DNA of 63,418 nucleotides, the filler included. It is 7 parts of 7 records of this genome, joined end to end, with 100 filler letters (N's around TTAATTAATTAA, not from the genome) between each part and the next. Parts side by side here need not be neighbours in the genome. Positions count along the whole stretch, not along the records: positions 9,923 to 15,074 come from DRR723986_16028; positions 15,175 to 30,365 come from DRR723986_16038; 5 more parts are not named here. One strand, written 5' to 3'. The first letter of the stretch is position 1. Every line of letters begins with the position of its first letter. Below, piece after piece: positions 9,923-19,949 of this stretch. Made by a program: the position numbers and the translations under genes. The notes beneath the pieces were generated by a model. That model ran no database searches, was not told the origin of the DNA, and saw only the letters and a list, made by a program, of their open reading frames with translations.

Positions 9923-10633
9923 CGCCTGCCCGGCAAGCTGGTCGATTGCTCGGCCACCGCCCGCGAGGGCACAGAACTGTTTATCGTCGAAGGCGACAGC
10001 GCGGGTGGCTCGGCCAAAATGGCCCGCGACCGGCGCAACCAGGCGCTGCTGCCGCTGCGCGGCAAAATCCTAAACGTGCTTGGGGCCGCATCGAACAAAC
10101 TGACCTCGAACCAAGAGATATCAGACCTGACACAGGCCCTGGGCGTGGGGCTGGGCAGCAAATTCAACATCGATGATCTGCGCTATGACAAAATCATCAT
10201 CATGACCGATGCCGATGTCGATGGCGCCCATATTGCAGCGCTGTTGATGACGTTTTTCTTTACCCAAATGCGCCCGATGATCGATCATGGCCATCTTTAT
10301 CTGGCCTGCCCGCCGCTTTACCGGCTAACCCAAGGGGCGCGGCGGCTGTATGTGTCGGATGATGCGGAAAAAGATCTGTGGTTGCAAAAGGGGCTGGGCG
10401 GCAAAGGCAAGATCGACGTGCAGCGTTTCAAGGGCCTGGGCGAGATGGACGCCAAAGACCTGAAAGAAACCACGATGGATCCCACCACCCGCAAACTGAT
10501 CCGCGTGACGATTGACGAAGACGAGCCAGGCGAAACCGGCGATCTGGTCGAGCGGCTGATGGGCAAGAAACCCGAGCTGCGTTTTCAATATATCCAGGAA
10601 AACGCCCGTTTCGTCGAAGAGCTAGACGTATAG
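9923..10633 (+). CDS. parE: DNA topoisomerase IV subunit B, C-terminal part
   Basis: LPGKLVDC, ELFIVEGDSAGGSAK, PLRGKILNV, IMTDADVDGAHI and QRFKGLGEM motifs. It lacks the proteobacterial GyrB insertion, which favours ParE. Confidence 0.85.
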   Translation, partial: RLPGKLVDCSATAREGTELFIVEGDSAGGSAKMARDRRNQALLPLRGKILNVLGAASNKLTSNQEISDLTQALGVGLGSKFNIDDLRYDKIIIMTDADVDGAHIAALLMTFFFTQMRPMIDHGHLYLACPPLYRLTQGARRLYVSDDAEKDLWLQKGLGGKGKIDVQRFKGLGEMDAKDLKETTMDPTTRKLIRVTIDEDEPGETGDLVERLMGKKPELRFQYIQENARFVEELDV

Positions 10634-10650
10634 GCGCCTAACCCTGCGCC

Positions 10651-11091
10651 CTAACCCTGCACCTGAATGCTTTCCAAATAGCGCAGCAGGGCGGCCAGGG
10701 GGCGCGGCACCGGCGTTTGGCTGCCATCCTCTAGTGTCACGGGCACAGTGGGGCCATCCAGAAAGGCGCCAAATTCCGGCATGGCGCCGCCGCGCGTGCC
10801 TTTGGCATAGCCATCAATCGCCGAAAGCACCCGTGTGCGGGGAAAATCACCATCGTTTTGCGCAGAAATTTGGGTCAGATTGGCGGGCTTGCGCATCATG
10901 TCTTGCACCAGTTCCCCATCGCCCTGCCCGGTGCTGCCATGGCATTGCACGCAATTTTGCGCATAAAGGCGCTGCCCCTCGGCCGGGCTTGGCATGAAAG
11001 ACCACAGCGCGCAGCCTGCCAAAACGGGCAAGGCAAACACAGACACCACAAGCAGCGGCAGACGCGGTTTCAACGGCAGGGGTTGGGCCAT
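10651..11091 (-). CDS. Monohaem cytochrome c, possibly lipid-anchored
   Basis: CVQCH haem-binding motif, candidate axial Met in GAMPEFG, hydrophobic N-terminus with an LAGC lipobox-like sequence. Confidence 0.8.
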   Translation of the reverse strand: MAQPLPLKPRLPLLVVSVFALPVLAGCALWSFMPSPAEGQRLYAQNCVQCHGSTGQGDGELVQDMMRKPANLTQISAQNDGDFPRTRVLSAIDGYAKGTRGGAMPEFGAFLDGPTVPVTLEDGSQTPVPRPLAALLRYLESIQVQG

Positions 11092-11264
11092 GATCACAAC
11101 TTTCTTAGTCTTTGCCCTACCCTGCCCAAGCGCTGCCAATTAGGCAATGGGGCGGGCCGAAAAATGCCCCTTCCACGCCAATGGCAGGTGACAAGCCGCC
11201 CAAACCCGGCCATTCTGCCCTTGGTCCTGACAGGCCCAACGACAACAGCACAGGGGCGCGAGGC

Positions 11265-11669
11265 ATGCAAAAAGACGCAGCACAGGCTATTTTGGCAACA
11301 GGGTTTGCCCCTTGGGTGCAGGCGCTGGATATTACGGTCGATGCCATTGGCGATGACCGCGCCACCCTGTCTATTCCCATCACCGATCACATCGCGCGCA
11401 TGGGCGGCATCGTGTGCGGGCAGGCGCAGGCCACGCTGGCCGATACATCGATGGTTTTTGCCTGTTTTGCAGCCCTTGGCGGCCCGCACCCTGTGGCCAC
11501 CACAAACCTCGATACCCAATTCATGCGCCCCGGCACCGGCACGCGGCTGCGCTGCGAGGCCCAGGTGGTGCGCCGTGGCAAGTCCTTGCTATTTGCGCGC
11601 GCCGATCTGTTTGCCGAACCCGAAAACAAGCTGATCGCCAGCGCCACCGCCACATTTTTTCAGCCATAG
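11265..11669 (+). CDS. PaaI family (hot-dog fold) thioesterase
   Basis: GGIVCGQAQATLADT, TTNLDTQFMRP and VVRRGKSLLF motifs. Confidence 0.85.
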   Translation: MQKDAAQAILATGFAPWVQALDITVDAIGDDRATLSIPITDHIARMGGIVCGQAQATLADTSMVFACFAALGGPHPVATTNLDTQFMRPGTGTRLRCEAQVVRRGKSLLFARADLFAEPENKLIASATATFFQP

Positions 11670-11677
11670 GCCCCACC

Positions 11678-12121
11678 ATGCAATCACCCCAAGTTTACGC
11701 AGCCGTCATGCTTTTGGCAGGGGTCGGCATACCGTTGATGGCCGCGCTGAACGCCCAATTGGGCGTGCGCCTTGGCGCCCCCGTGGCCGCGGCCGCCTGC
11801 CTGTTTTCCATCGCCTTGCTGTGCAGTCTGGCCCTGTTGGCCGTGCAAGGGCCAAGCGCCCTGCTAAAGCTGCCCCAGGCCCCCAAACACCTGTTTCTGG
11901 GCGGGGTTCTGGTGGCGTTTTACGTGCTGTCAGTTACCTTTATCGCCCCGCGGTTTGGCGTGGGGAATGCGGTATTTTTCGTGCTGCTGGGCCAGCTGAT
12001 CAGCGCAGCGTTGATCGATCATTTTGGCCTGTTTGGCGCCCGCGTCAGCCCCGTATCTGCCCAGCGTTTGGGCGGCATCGCTTTGATGGCGGCGGGGGTG
12101 TTTTTGACGCAAAAGGCCTAA
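11678..12121 (+). CDS. DMT/YdcZ-type small membrane transporter
   Basis: About five TM segments; [16 protein letters not shown] and [13 protein letters not shown] motifs. Confidence 0.85.
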   Translation: MQSPQVYAAVMLLAGVGIPLMAALNAQLGVRLGAPVAAAACLFSIALLCSLALLAVQGPSALLKLPQAPKHLFLGGVLVAFYVLSVTFIAPRFGVGNAVFFVLLGQLISAALIDHFGLFGARVSPVSAQRLGGIALMAAGVFLTQKA

Positions 12122-12813
12122 ACTTTGGTCAAAATCCCCGCCTCTAGCCGCACCACCCGGTCCATACGGGCGGCAAGATCCATGTTATGGGTGGCCACAA
12201 GCGCCGAAAGGCCGGTATCGCGCACCAAAGCGATCAGGGTTTCAAAAACGGTATCCGATGTTGCCGGGTCCAGGTTGCCGGTCGGCTCGTCTGCCAGCAA
12301 AACCTGTGGCGCATTGGCCAAGGCCCGGCAAAAGGCCACGCGCTGCTGCTCGCCACCTGACAGCGCGGCAGGGCGATGCGCCGCGCGCCCCTGCACCCCC
12401 ACCTGCGCCATCAGCGCCATCGCGCGGGCCTGCGCCGCCCTTTGGCCCACACCGGCAGCCAGTTGCGGCAGCATGATGTTTTCCAAGGCCGAAAATTCCG
12501 GCAAAAGATGGTGAAACTGATAAACAAAGCCCACGTCTTCGCGGCGCACAAGGGTGCGGCGGCGATCTGACAGGCCCTGCATCGGCTGTCCGGCGATCTC
12601 GACACTGCCCGCGTCGGGCGTGTCCAACAGCCCCGCCATATGCAGCAGCGTCGATTTGCCCGCCCCCGATGGCGCCACCAGCGCCACCATCTCGCCGCGC
12701 TCTAGCACCAAATCAACGCCGCGCAGCACCTCGATCGCGCCAGCTGTGCCGCGGTTGTAGGTTTTCTTGACGCCGCTCAGGCGCAAAGCCGGCGGGGGGG
12801 CGGTGTTATTCAT
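12118..12813 (-). CDS. lolD: Lipoprotein-releasing ABC transporter ATP-binding protein
   Basis: APSGAGKS, the LolD motif [26 protein letters not shown] and [10 protein letters not shown]. Confidence 0.92.
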   Translation of the reverse strand: MNNTAPPPALRLSGVKKTYNRGTAGAIEVLRGVDLVLERGEMVALVAPSGAGKSTLLHMAGLLDTPDAGSVEIAGQPMQGLSDRRRTLVRREDVGFVYQFHHLLPEFSALENIMLPQLAAGVGQRAAQARAMALMAQVGVQGRAAHRPAALSGGEQQRVAFCRALANAPQVLLADEPTGNLDPATSDTVFETLIALVRDTGLSALVATHNMDLAARMDRVVRLEAGILTKV

Positions 12814-14110
12814 AGCGCAATGCCTCGACCGGGTTCATACGCGCCGCACGGCGGGCGGGGAAAATTGTAACGACAAAAGACAGCCCCAAAGACAGGCCCA
12901 CCGCCGATAACACATCGTTCATTTCCAGCCGGGCGGGCAGGTAATATATGCCGCGGATCGACGGATCCCAGGCGTTGCCACCGCTTAAGCTGTTGATAAA
13001 GCTAAATATCGGGTCGATATACAGCGCAAAAAGGCAGCCCAGGGCCACGCCGAAAACCGTGCCCAAAATGCCCGTGAAGGCACCACAGATAAAAAACACC
13101 CGCAAAATGGCGCCTTCGGTCAGGCCCATGGTGCGCAAAATGCCAATATCGCGGCCCTTGTTTTTTACCAGCATGATCAGCCCCGAGACGATATTCATCG
13201 TGGCGATCAGCACCAGGATCGACAAGATCACAAACATCACCCTGTCTTCGATTTCCAGCGCCGATAAAAACCCGCTGCTGGCGTCGCGCCATGTCCAGAT
13301 TTGCGCGCGCGGCCCGCCTGCGGCCAGCAAGGCGGTTGCCATATCGTCTACACGTTCGGGTGCGGCCACCATCACCTCTAGCTCGTCGGCCACGCCTTGG
13401 CGGTTGAAAAACGATTGCGCCTCGGAAAAGGGCAGGTAGACGCGGGTGCGATCGATATCATAGCGGCCCGCCGTAAACACATAGACCACCTCATAGGGGC
13501 TGACGCGGGGCTTGGCGCCAAAGGGGGTTTTCACCCCATCGGGGCTGATGAGGCGAATGGTATCGCCCACCCCCACATTCAGCTCGCGCGCCACGCCCGA
13601 GCCAATGGCGATGCCGGCGGAAAAGCGGCCAATATCGCCCAAATGCCCATCCCCCTGCCCCACACGCGGAATGGCCTGCAGATCAGCCGGGGCAATGCCA
13701 AACACCTCGACCCCGGCGTTGCGGGTGCGCGCGTTGATCATCACCTGGCCCTTCACCAAGGGCGCCACGCGGGTGACACCGGGCAGCTTGGCAATATCTG
13801 TGGCGATTTGTGCATAATCGGGCATGGTGCGATCCAGCCGGCCTGTCACCGGGTCGATCTGGCCCATGGAATAGATCGTGACATGGGCATTGGCGCCCAA
13901 GATCGTATCGACAAATTCCGCCCGAAAGCCCGAGCGCACCGCCAAAGTGGCAATCAAGGCAAAGACCGCCAAGGTAATGCCAATCAGGCTGATCCATGTC
14001 ATCACGCTAACGCCGCCCTCGGCCCGGCGGGCACGCAAATAGCGCCACGCGATCATCCATTCATAGCGGGCAAACGGCGCAGGCGATGGGGGGCGCTTTG
14101 GCGGCGGCAA
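12806..14110 (-). CDS. Lipoprotein-releasing ABC transporter permease (LolC/E family)
   Basis: [19 protein letters not shown] and [18 protein letters not shown] motifs; sits between proS and lolD. Start codon uncertain. Confidence 0.9.
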   Translation of the reverse strand: MPPPKRPPSPAPFARYEWMIAWRYLRARRAEGGVSVMTWISLIGITLAVFALIATLAVRSGFRAEFVDTILGANAHVTIYSMGQIDPVTGRLDRTMPDYAQIATDIAKLPGVTRVAPLVKGQVMINARTRNAGVEVFGIAPADLQAIPRVGQGDGHLGDIGRFSAGIAIGSGVARELNVGVGDTIRLISPDGVKTPFGAKPRVSPYEVVYVFTAGRYDIDRTRVYLPFSEAQSFFNRQGVADELEVMVAAPERVDDMATALLAAGGPRAQIWTWRDASSGFLSALEIEDRVMFVILSILVLIATMNIVSGLIMLVKNKGRDIGILRTMGLTEGAILRVFFICGAFTGILGTVFGVALGCLFALYIDPIFSFINSLSGGNAWDPSIRGIYYLPARLEMNDVLSAVGLSLGLSFVVTIFPARRAARMNPVEALRYE

Positions 14111-14212
14111 GGGGAAACTCCGTACTGGCGTGCCGCGCGACCTTGCGCATTCGGGGCGGGCGGGTCAACCCCGCCAGCGCCCGCTTAGGCGGGTGCATGC
14201 CCAAGGCTGGCG

Positions 14213-14488
14213 CTAATGGCGGCGCAACACCATGCGCACCTGTGCGGGGTCTTTCGTGCCCTCAAGCACCACCTCGCCCCTGTTCAGCTGCAAGAGCACA
14301 TCGCCATTGGCGGTATGGGCACAGCGAATATCGGGCAGGGCTGCGCCATGGGGCTGCATCAGCACAACGGTATTGAACCCACCATCTGCCGTCGGCGCCA
14401 CGATTCGCCGCGTCAGCCGGTTGGAAACATAAAGCGCGTTTTGCCAATACTCGTCGCGCAAATCGCTGTTATCAAAGGCAATCATCAC
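14213..14488 (-). CDS. Hypothetical protein (91 aa)
   Basis: Plausible globular composition and co-oriented with neighbours; no recognisable motif. Confidence 0.45.
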   Translation of the reverse strand: MMIAFDNSDLRDEYWQNALYVSNRLTRRIVAPTADGGFNTVVLMQPHGAALPDIRCAHTANGDVLLQLNRGEVVLEGTKDPAQVRMVLRRH

Positions 14489-14645
14489 ACATCAGCCCTT
14501 TGCAGGCTTTTCTGCCTGTCACACACACCACACACCAGGGCCACAGCGCCACACACGCACCACAGGCCCTGCCACAACTTGGCAGAGAATTTACCCAACC
14601 CCAAGCAAAAGCGGCGAAACAATGGCGTGCGCGATTAGCGACAAT

Positions 14646-14678
14646 AAAAAGGGCGCCCGGCCACTGGCCCGGCGCCCC
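14646..14678 (-). terminator. Probable intrinsic terminator after proS
   Basis: GC-rich hairpin (GGGCGCC...GGCGCCC) followed by a T-run on the minus strand. Confidence 0.55.
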
Positions 14679-14701
14679 CCGAAAATGCGATGTTCTTTGC
14701 C

Positions 14702-15074
14702 TTAAAGCCCGCTTACCCGATGCGGCGCATAGATCTGCACCAGCCGGTCAACCGCAGCCTGGGGCGACATTTCCTCGCTTTCGCCGGTGCGGCGGCAGGT
14801 CAGCTCTACCACGCCTTTTTCCAGCCCGCGCGGCCCGATGGTGACACGCCATGGCAGGCCAATCAGATCCATCGTGGCGAATTTACCGCCAGCACGCTCT
14901 TTGCGGTCGTCATAAAGCGGCTCTAGCCCCTGGGCCACAAGCGCAGCATAGAGGCTATCGCAGGCGGCATCGGCGGCGCTGTCGCCTTGTTTGAGGTTCA
15001 CAATACCTGCGTGGAACGGTGTAACACCCTCGGGCCAGGTGATACCGCGCTCGTCGTGGCTGGCCTCGATGATG
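14702..15074 (-). CDS. proS: Prolyl-tRNA synthetase, C-terminal anticodon-binding part
   Basis: [20 protein letters not shown] and [23 protein letters not shown]. Confidence 0.92.
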
Positions 15075-15174
15075 NNNNNNNNNNNNNNNNNNNNNNNNNN
15101 NNNNNNNNNNNNNNNNNNTTAATTAATTAANNNNNNNNNNNNNNNNNNNNNNNNNNNNNNNNNNNNNNNNNNNN
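15075..15174. other. Artificial contig linker 2
   Basis: Same N/TTAATTAATTAA/N structure. Confidence 0.98.
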
Positions 15175-15175
15175 C

Positions 15176-15712
15176 CTGGGTGGAACCGGACTGCTGGCCA
15201 AACTGGACGGCGAGCCGAGCGCGAGACTTCTGGCGGAAGCCAAGAAACGTGGCCGCACGGTCACCTTCGATTTGCTGGGAGCCAACGAAAACACAATCGA
15301 CCTGCTCCTGCCGCTGCTTCCTCATGTCGATTATTTCATGCCGTCGATCGAAGAAGCCCGTCTGATTTCCGGTGCAGGCGACATCCAGGAAGCAGGACGT
15401 TTTTTCCTGGATCGCGGCGTCAAGCAGTGTGTCTTCACGCTTGGTGGTGACGGTGTCTGCTTCATGGATCACCAGGGTGAGTTTGTCCGCCAGCCAGCGT
15501 TCGAAATTTCCGTCGTGGATACGACCGGCTGCGGCGACGCCTTCGATGCCGGGTTCATCACGGCCCTTCATCACAAGATGGATCTGAAGACTGCGCTGAA
15601 CTTTGCGCAGGCCTCGGCGGCGCTTGTGGCGACGGGGCTCGGGTCTGACGCGGGCATCAAGAGCTTCGAGGACACCGTCAACTTCATGAATTCGGCAAAG
15701 GTTCTTGCCTGA
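15176..15712 (+). CDS. PfkB-family carbohydrate kinase, C-terminal part
   Basis: PfkB signature VVDTTGCGDAFDAGF; frame is open from the contig edge. Confidence 0.9.
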   Translation: MGGTGLLAKLDGEPSARLLAEAKKRGRTVTFDLLGANENTIDLLLPLLPHVDYFMPSIEEARLISGAGDIQEAGRFFLDRGVKQCVFTLGGDGVCFMDHQGEFVRQPAFEISVVDTTGCGDAFDAGFITALHHKMDLKTALNFAQASAALVATGLGSDAGIKSFEDTVNFMNSAKVLA

Positions 15713-15731
15713 CCGACGGTACGCGCGGGCC

Positions 15732-16712
15732 TCAGCCCTTGAGGAGAGCCCGCGCCGTTTCCAGGTCGGTGACAAAATGGGTTGCATAGCCACCCTTCAG
15801 CGTTGCGCGGATTGCCTCGAGCTTTGACAATCCGCCTGCCACGCAAAGCCGGCGTGGAATGGCGCGCAGCTCATCGAGTTCGATCCCCATCATGCGCTTA
15901 TCGAATTCCCGCGTGATCTGATTGCCCTCTTCATCAAGGAACCGGCAGATCAGAACGGCTTTCGCACCGTCTTCACCGTAGGCGTCGATTTCCTCGTCCG
16001 TCGCGATGTCGGCAAAGCGGATGGTGCTTTCCGGCCCAAGGCCACCGAGCCCGAAAACGATCGTACGGGCTTGCCGGATCATGTCGAACTGGCGTTCGAG
16101 GGCAGGTTCCCGTCGCAGCGCCTGGCACAGGTCTGCGCTGGACAGAACAGCCGGTGCATTCAGGTTCATGCTGATCGCACCAAGCTTACGGGCCATGATT
16201 GCGGTGCAAAGTTCGGCGGAAAAGTCGCGCTTGCTGGTCGCGGCTCCTGTCACCTGAACCACCGTGACCCCGTCGACGTCGCTCATGGGTTTCAACGCGT
16301 CGGCAACCGCAAGAACAGTCTTGCCCCAGGAAACACAGAGGATCTCACCGGGGTCGATCATCCGCTCCAGCTGGCGCGCACCGGCTGCACCAAGGGTCAA
16401 TAGCCGTGTCTGGGCATCCGCGCCGGGTTGATGCTGCACCACCAGCGTTTCGCTGAGGCCAAAGCGTTCGCATATCTCCCTTGAGAGGTCGGAACGTGCC
16501 ATGACGCCCGCATCCATGGCGATGCGAACGACACCCCGCTCTCGTGCTTCCTGAAGATAGTTCACGATGGTCGCGCGCGAGACACCGATGATGCCGGCAA
16601 TGTCGCTCTGGTTGAGCGATTCTTCGTAATAGAGCCAGGCTGCCCAGACGACGACATCGTCAAACTCCGCAGGTACGCGGCGATTGACCTCTCGAGACGG
16701 TTCCATTGTCAT
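15732..16712 (-). CDS. SorC/LsrR-type sugar-binding transcriptional regulator
   Basis: HTH AAWLYYEESLNQSDIA...VSRATIVNYL; VSWGKTV; VAGGLSKLEAIRATLKGG...FVTD. Confidence 0.9.
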   Translation of the reverse strand: MTMEPSREVNRRVPAEFDDVVVWAAWLYYEESLNQSDIAGIIGVSRATIVNYLQEARERGVVRIAMDAGVMARSDLSREICERFGLSETLVVQHQPGADAQTRLLTLGAAGARQLERMIDPGEILCVSWGKTVLAVADALKPMSDVDGVTVVQVTGAATSKRDFSAELCTAIMARKLGAISMNLNAPAVLSSADLCQALRREPALERQFDMIRQARTIVFGLGGLGPESTIRFADIATDEEIDAYGEDGAKAVLICRFLDEEGNQITREFDKRMMGIELDELRAIPRRLCVAGGLSKLEAIRATLKGGYATHFVTDLETARALLKG

Positions 16713-16881
16713 GACCGCTCCCCCCTTTGTTGCCGATCTGAATTGCACGATTTCGGCCGATAGTCCAATCCGCCGATTAGTGAATCTGACTTTTGGCAAC
16801 ATTAAGTAACATTTGTCATTTCGTTGCAACAAAAGACGACAATGTCACGATTGTCTGGAGACAAGAATTGTCGAGAGGATC

Positions 16882-17739
16882 TCAGGCAAGCCGTACGTCG
16901 ATTTTTCTGGACAGCATTCGGTCGACAAGCAGCGGGGGAACGGCGGAATTCACGACAACCGCGTCGTAGTCACGAAGATCGTTGCCACCGTAAAAGGCCT
17001 TCTTGTCGAACATCCCATGGCTGGCAACCAGGATGATCCGCTTGGCCTTTTCCTGCATGGCTTTCCGAACGGCCAGGTCTTCTTCGGTCTCGTAGAAGGT
17101 CTTTTCCTCGAAGATCGCATCCGCAGAGACAATCGCCGCATCCGCATCGATGTCATTGATTTCCCGGATCGTTTGCGGACCGTGGAAACAGCCAGACCAG
17201 GATTTGAACGTCCCCCCGAGCCCGATGAGAGAAATATCGGGAAGCTCGCGGAAATCGTTCATCAGATCGAGGGAGTTGGTCACGATGGTGAGCGGCACCT
17301 TGCTGGCAAGGTACCTGGCTGCGTGCCTCAGGATTGGGGAACCTGCGAGAAAAACGGTCTGACCGGGCTGGATCAGATCCGCAGCGGCCGCTGCGATCGC
17401 GTGATAGTCGCCGGCGTCAGTTGCCGCGGTATCAGCCGGTTCAGCTAAACCAGCAGCACTGGTTCTGGAGGTGATCACACCGCGGGACTTCGAGACAAGC
17501 CCGTCCTCGACCAGCGTGTCGATATCGCGATGGACCGTCATCAGGCTGATGCCGAAGCGTTTCGAAATCTCGTCGATGCGCGCACTCTGGCGGCTGTTGA
17601 CGTAGTCGGCGATCAAACGCCTGCGCGCGATCTGGCGCGCCTGTCGGCTGTCGGTGGGAAGGTGGGGCCGGTTTCCGGGAGAACTGCTGTTGTCCGATGC
17701 CACGCTGTGTCGCTTCTGCTGCTGCTCGATCAGCTTCAC
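16882..17739 (-). CDS. DeoR/GlpR-family transcriptional regulator
   Basis: HTH FGISLMTVHRDI and sensor-domain motif TIVTNSL. Start uncertain. Confidence 0.8.
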   Translation of the reverse strand: MKLIEQQQKRHSVASDNSSSPGNRPHLPTDSRQARQIARRRLIADYVNSRQSARIDEISKRFGISLMTVHRDIDTLVEDGLVSKSRGVITSRTSAAGLAEPADTAATDAGDYHAIAAAAADLIQPGQTVFLAGSPILRHAARYLASKVPLTIVTNSLDLMNDFRELPDISLIGLGGTFKSWSGCFHGPQTIREINDIDADAAIVSADAIFEEKTFYETEEDLAVRKAMQEKAKRIILVASHGMFDKKAFYGGNDLRDYDAVVVNSAVPPLLVDRMLSRKIDVRLA

Positions 17740-17794
17740 TTAACGTCAAAGTCCGAATTTGGCAAAGTGGCAGCGTTGCGGTCCGGTTGCCCGG

Positions 17795-17826
17795 AAAAAA
17801 GCGGAGGCACCTTGCGATGCCTCCGT
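17795..17826 (-). terminator. Probable intrinsic terminator after the ABC substrate-binding gene
   Basis: CGGAGGCA/TGCCTCCG stem followed by T6 on the minus strand. Confidence 0.6.
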
Positions 17827-17840
17827 CAGGTGGGGAGGTA

Positions 17841-18788
17841 TTATTGGGTCAGGGTGAAGGCTGCCGTGACCTTGTCGACGTTGTCGGCCGTGATCAGCAC
17901 GCAATCGAAGAGCTGCTTTTCGCTTTCCGCGCCGGTGGAGCCGGTCTTGATGTACTTGTCGGCCTGGCGGATTGCTTCAGCGGAGAAGACAGCAACCGGC
18001 TGCAGCACGGTGTACTGAAGTTCGCCAGCACGGATGGCAGCAACCGCGTCCGGCGAACCGTCAAAGCCGCCGACCTTCACCTGGTCAAGCTTGCCGGCTT
18101 CCTTCAAGGCAGCGATGGCGCCGAGAGCCATTTCATCGTTGCCGGAAATGACGCCGATGATGTCCGGATTGGCCTGAAGCATGGACTGCATTTTCTGATA
18201 ACCCTGGGTACGGTCCCAGTTGGCGACTTCCTGTGCTGCCTTTTCCAGATCCGGGTACTGGGTCAGCACGGTTTCGAAACCGTTGGAACGGGTCGCTGCG
18301 TTGTTGTCGGACGGCGCACCGAAAAGCTCGACGTATTTACCCTCTTCACCAACGGCTTCCACCCACTGCTGTGCACCGATTGCAGCGCCCTGGGCGTTGT
18401 TGGAAACGAGCTGTGCCTGGGCAAGGCCTTCCTGGTTGATTTCAGCGTTGATGAGGAACACCGGAATGCCGGCGGCCACGGCCTTCTTCACCGCACCGAC
18501 AGAACCGTCTGCATTGGCCGGGTCGAGAATGATTGCCTTGGACTGGTTGGTGATCGCGGTGTCGATCAGGGTGCTTTCGGTGTTGGTGTCACCCTTATGG
18601 GCGCTGACCTGGGCCTCGTAGCCGAGTTCTTCCGCAGTAGCCTTTGCCACATGGCCTTCGGTGTACCAGTAGGGGTTGGCCGGATCGTTGACGATGATCG
18701 AGATCAGGCCGTCGGCAAGAGCCGGGCTTGCAATCATCGGCAGGACAGCGGCAGCGGCAAGCAGGGTCCGTCTGGTAAATTTCAACAT
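17841..18788 (-). CDS. eryG: Sugar/polyol ABC transporter substrate-binding protein (RbsB-like; erythritol by context)
   Basis: Signal peptide; NPYW, ANWDR, NDEMALGA and GFDG motifs; linked to eryABCD. Confidence 0.8.
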   Translation of the reverse strand: MLKFTRRTLLAAAAVLPMIASPALADGLISIIVNDPANPYWYTEGHVAKATAEELGYEAQVSAHKGDTNTESTLIDTAITNQSKAIILDPANADGSVGAVKKAVAAGIPVFLINAEINQEGLAQAQLVSNNAQGAAIGAQQWVEAVGEEGKYVELFGAPSDNNAATRSNGFETVLTQYPDLEKAAQEVANWDRTQGYQKMQSMLQANPDIIGVISGNDEMALGAIAALKEAGKLDQVKVGGFDGSPDAVAAIRAGELQYTVLQPVAVFSAEAIRQADKYIKTGSTGAESEKQLFDCVLITADNVDKVTAAFTLTQ

Positions 18789-18886
18789 CGAGTATTCCTC
18801 CCTTAGCGTGAATGGGGGTCGCCAATTGGCGGGTATTCCCGCTCCCTAAGTCCTCCGGGAGCGGCGAAATCTGATCGAGGCGGTGG

Positions 18887-19936
18887 CTATTTCTTACGGG
18901 CGCCGCCGTATTGGATGGAGTTCATCAGGACGGCGAGCACGATCACGGCACCGGTGAAGACGGTCTGCCAGTAGGACGAGACGCCGATGATCACGAGGCC
19001 ATCGGACAGGAAGCCGATGACGAAGGCACCCAGCATGGTGCCTCGGACGGTGCCTCGGCCACCGGTCAGGGCTGCACCGCCGATCACCACAGCAGCAATT
19101 GCGGTCAGCTCGTAGGTCGTTCCCGCAGTCGGGCCAGCGGATGTCAGCTGGGACGAGAGAACAAGACCTGCGATGGCCGCAAGAATGCCGGAGAGCGTAT
19201 AGACCGACACCTGCACCTTCTTGACGGGAACGCCGGAAAGATCGGCCGCGTGGGCATTGCCGCCGGAAGCGTAGAGCCAGCGACCGAAGGCGGAACGGCT
19301 GAGCATCAGGCCGGCAACGATCGCAAGTGCCGCCAGCACCAGAACACTGATCGGTACGCCGAACAGACGGTTGAAACCAAGCCAGTCGAAACCGGTGTTT
19401 CCAAGCGAAGGATCGCCTGACAGGTTGTTGTAGGTGAGGCCATTGGTCATCAACAGGGCGATACCGCGGGCGACATACATGACGCCGAGCGTTGCCACGA
19501 AAGCCGGAACGCGGAACCAGGCAATCAGGATCCCGTTGACCGCACCAACCAGCGCTCCGACGACACAAGTAATGACGACCACCGCCCAGACCGGCGGATA
19601 GACGATGACGCCGAAGACATCCAGAACGATGCCCTGCATCTGGAAGCCGGCAATGACACCGGACAGGGCCAGAATGGAGCCGACCGAAAGATCGATGCCG
19701 CCGTTCAGGATCACCAGCAGCATGCCGATGGCCAGAATGCCGTAGATCGCCACATGCGAGGACATGATCAGGAAGTTCCCGACCGTGAAATAATGCGGCG
19801 ACAGGAACGAGAAAACGGCAATGATCGCAATAAGGGCGAAGAAAGCGCGGCCTTCGAGAAGCAGCCTTCCTATATTGTGCTCGCGGGACTGGCGGTTCTT
19901 GGCGACCGGTTGCGTGTTGGCGCTCGTAACGCTCAT
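18887..19936 (-). CDS. eryF: Sugar/polyol ABC transporter permease (RbsC-like)
   Basis: GGIDLSVGS, PAFVATLG and YELTAIAAVVIGG motifs; ATG at 19936 with RBS GGAG. Confidence 0.82.
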   Translation of the reverse strand: MSVTSANTQPVAKNRQSREHNIGRLLLEGRAFFALIAIIAVFSFLSPHYFTVGNFLIMSSHVAIYGILAIGMLLVILNGGIDLSVGSILALSGVIAGFQMQGIVLDVFGVIVYPPVWAVVVITCVVGALVGAVNGILIAWFRVPAFVATLGVMYVARGIALLMTNGLTYNNLSGDPSLGNTGFDWLGFNRLFGVPISVLVLAALAIVAGLMLSRSAFGRWLYASGGNAHAADLSGVPVKKVQVSVYTLSGILAAIAGLVLSSQLTSAGPTAGTTYELTAIAAVVIGGAALTGGRGTVRGTMLGAFVIGFLSDGLVIIGVSSYWQTVFTGAVIVLAVLMNSIQYGGARKK

Positions 19937-19949
19937 GATCTGATCTCCG

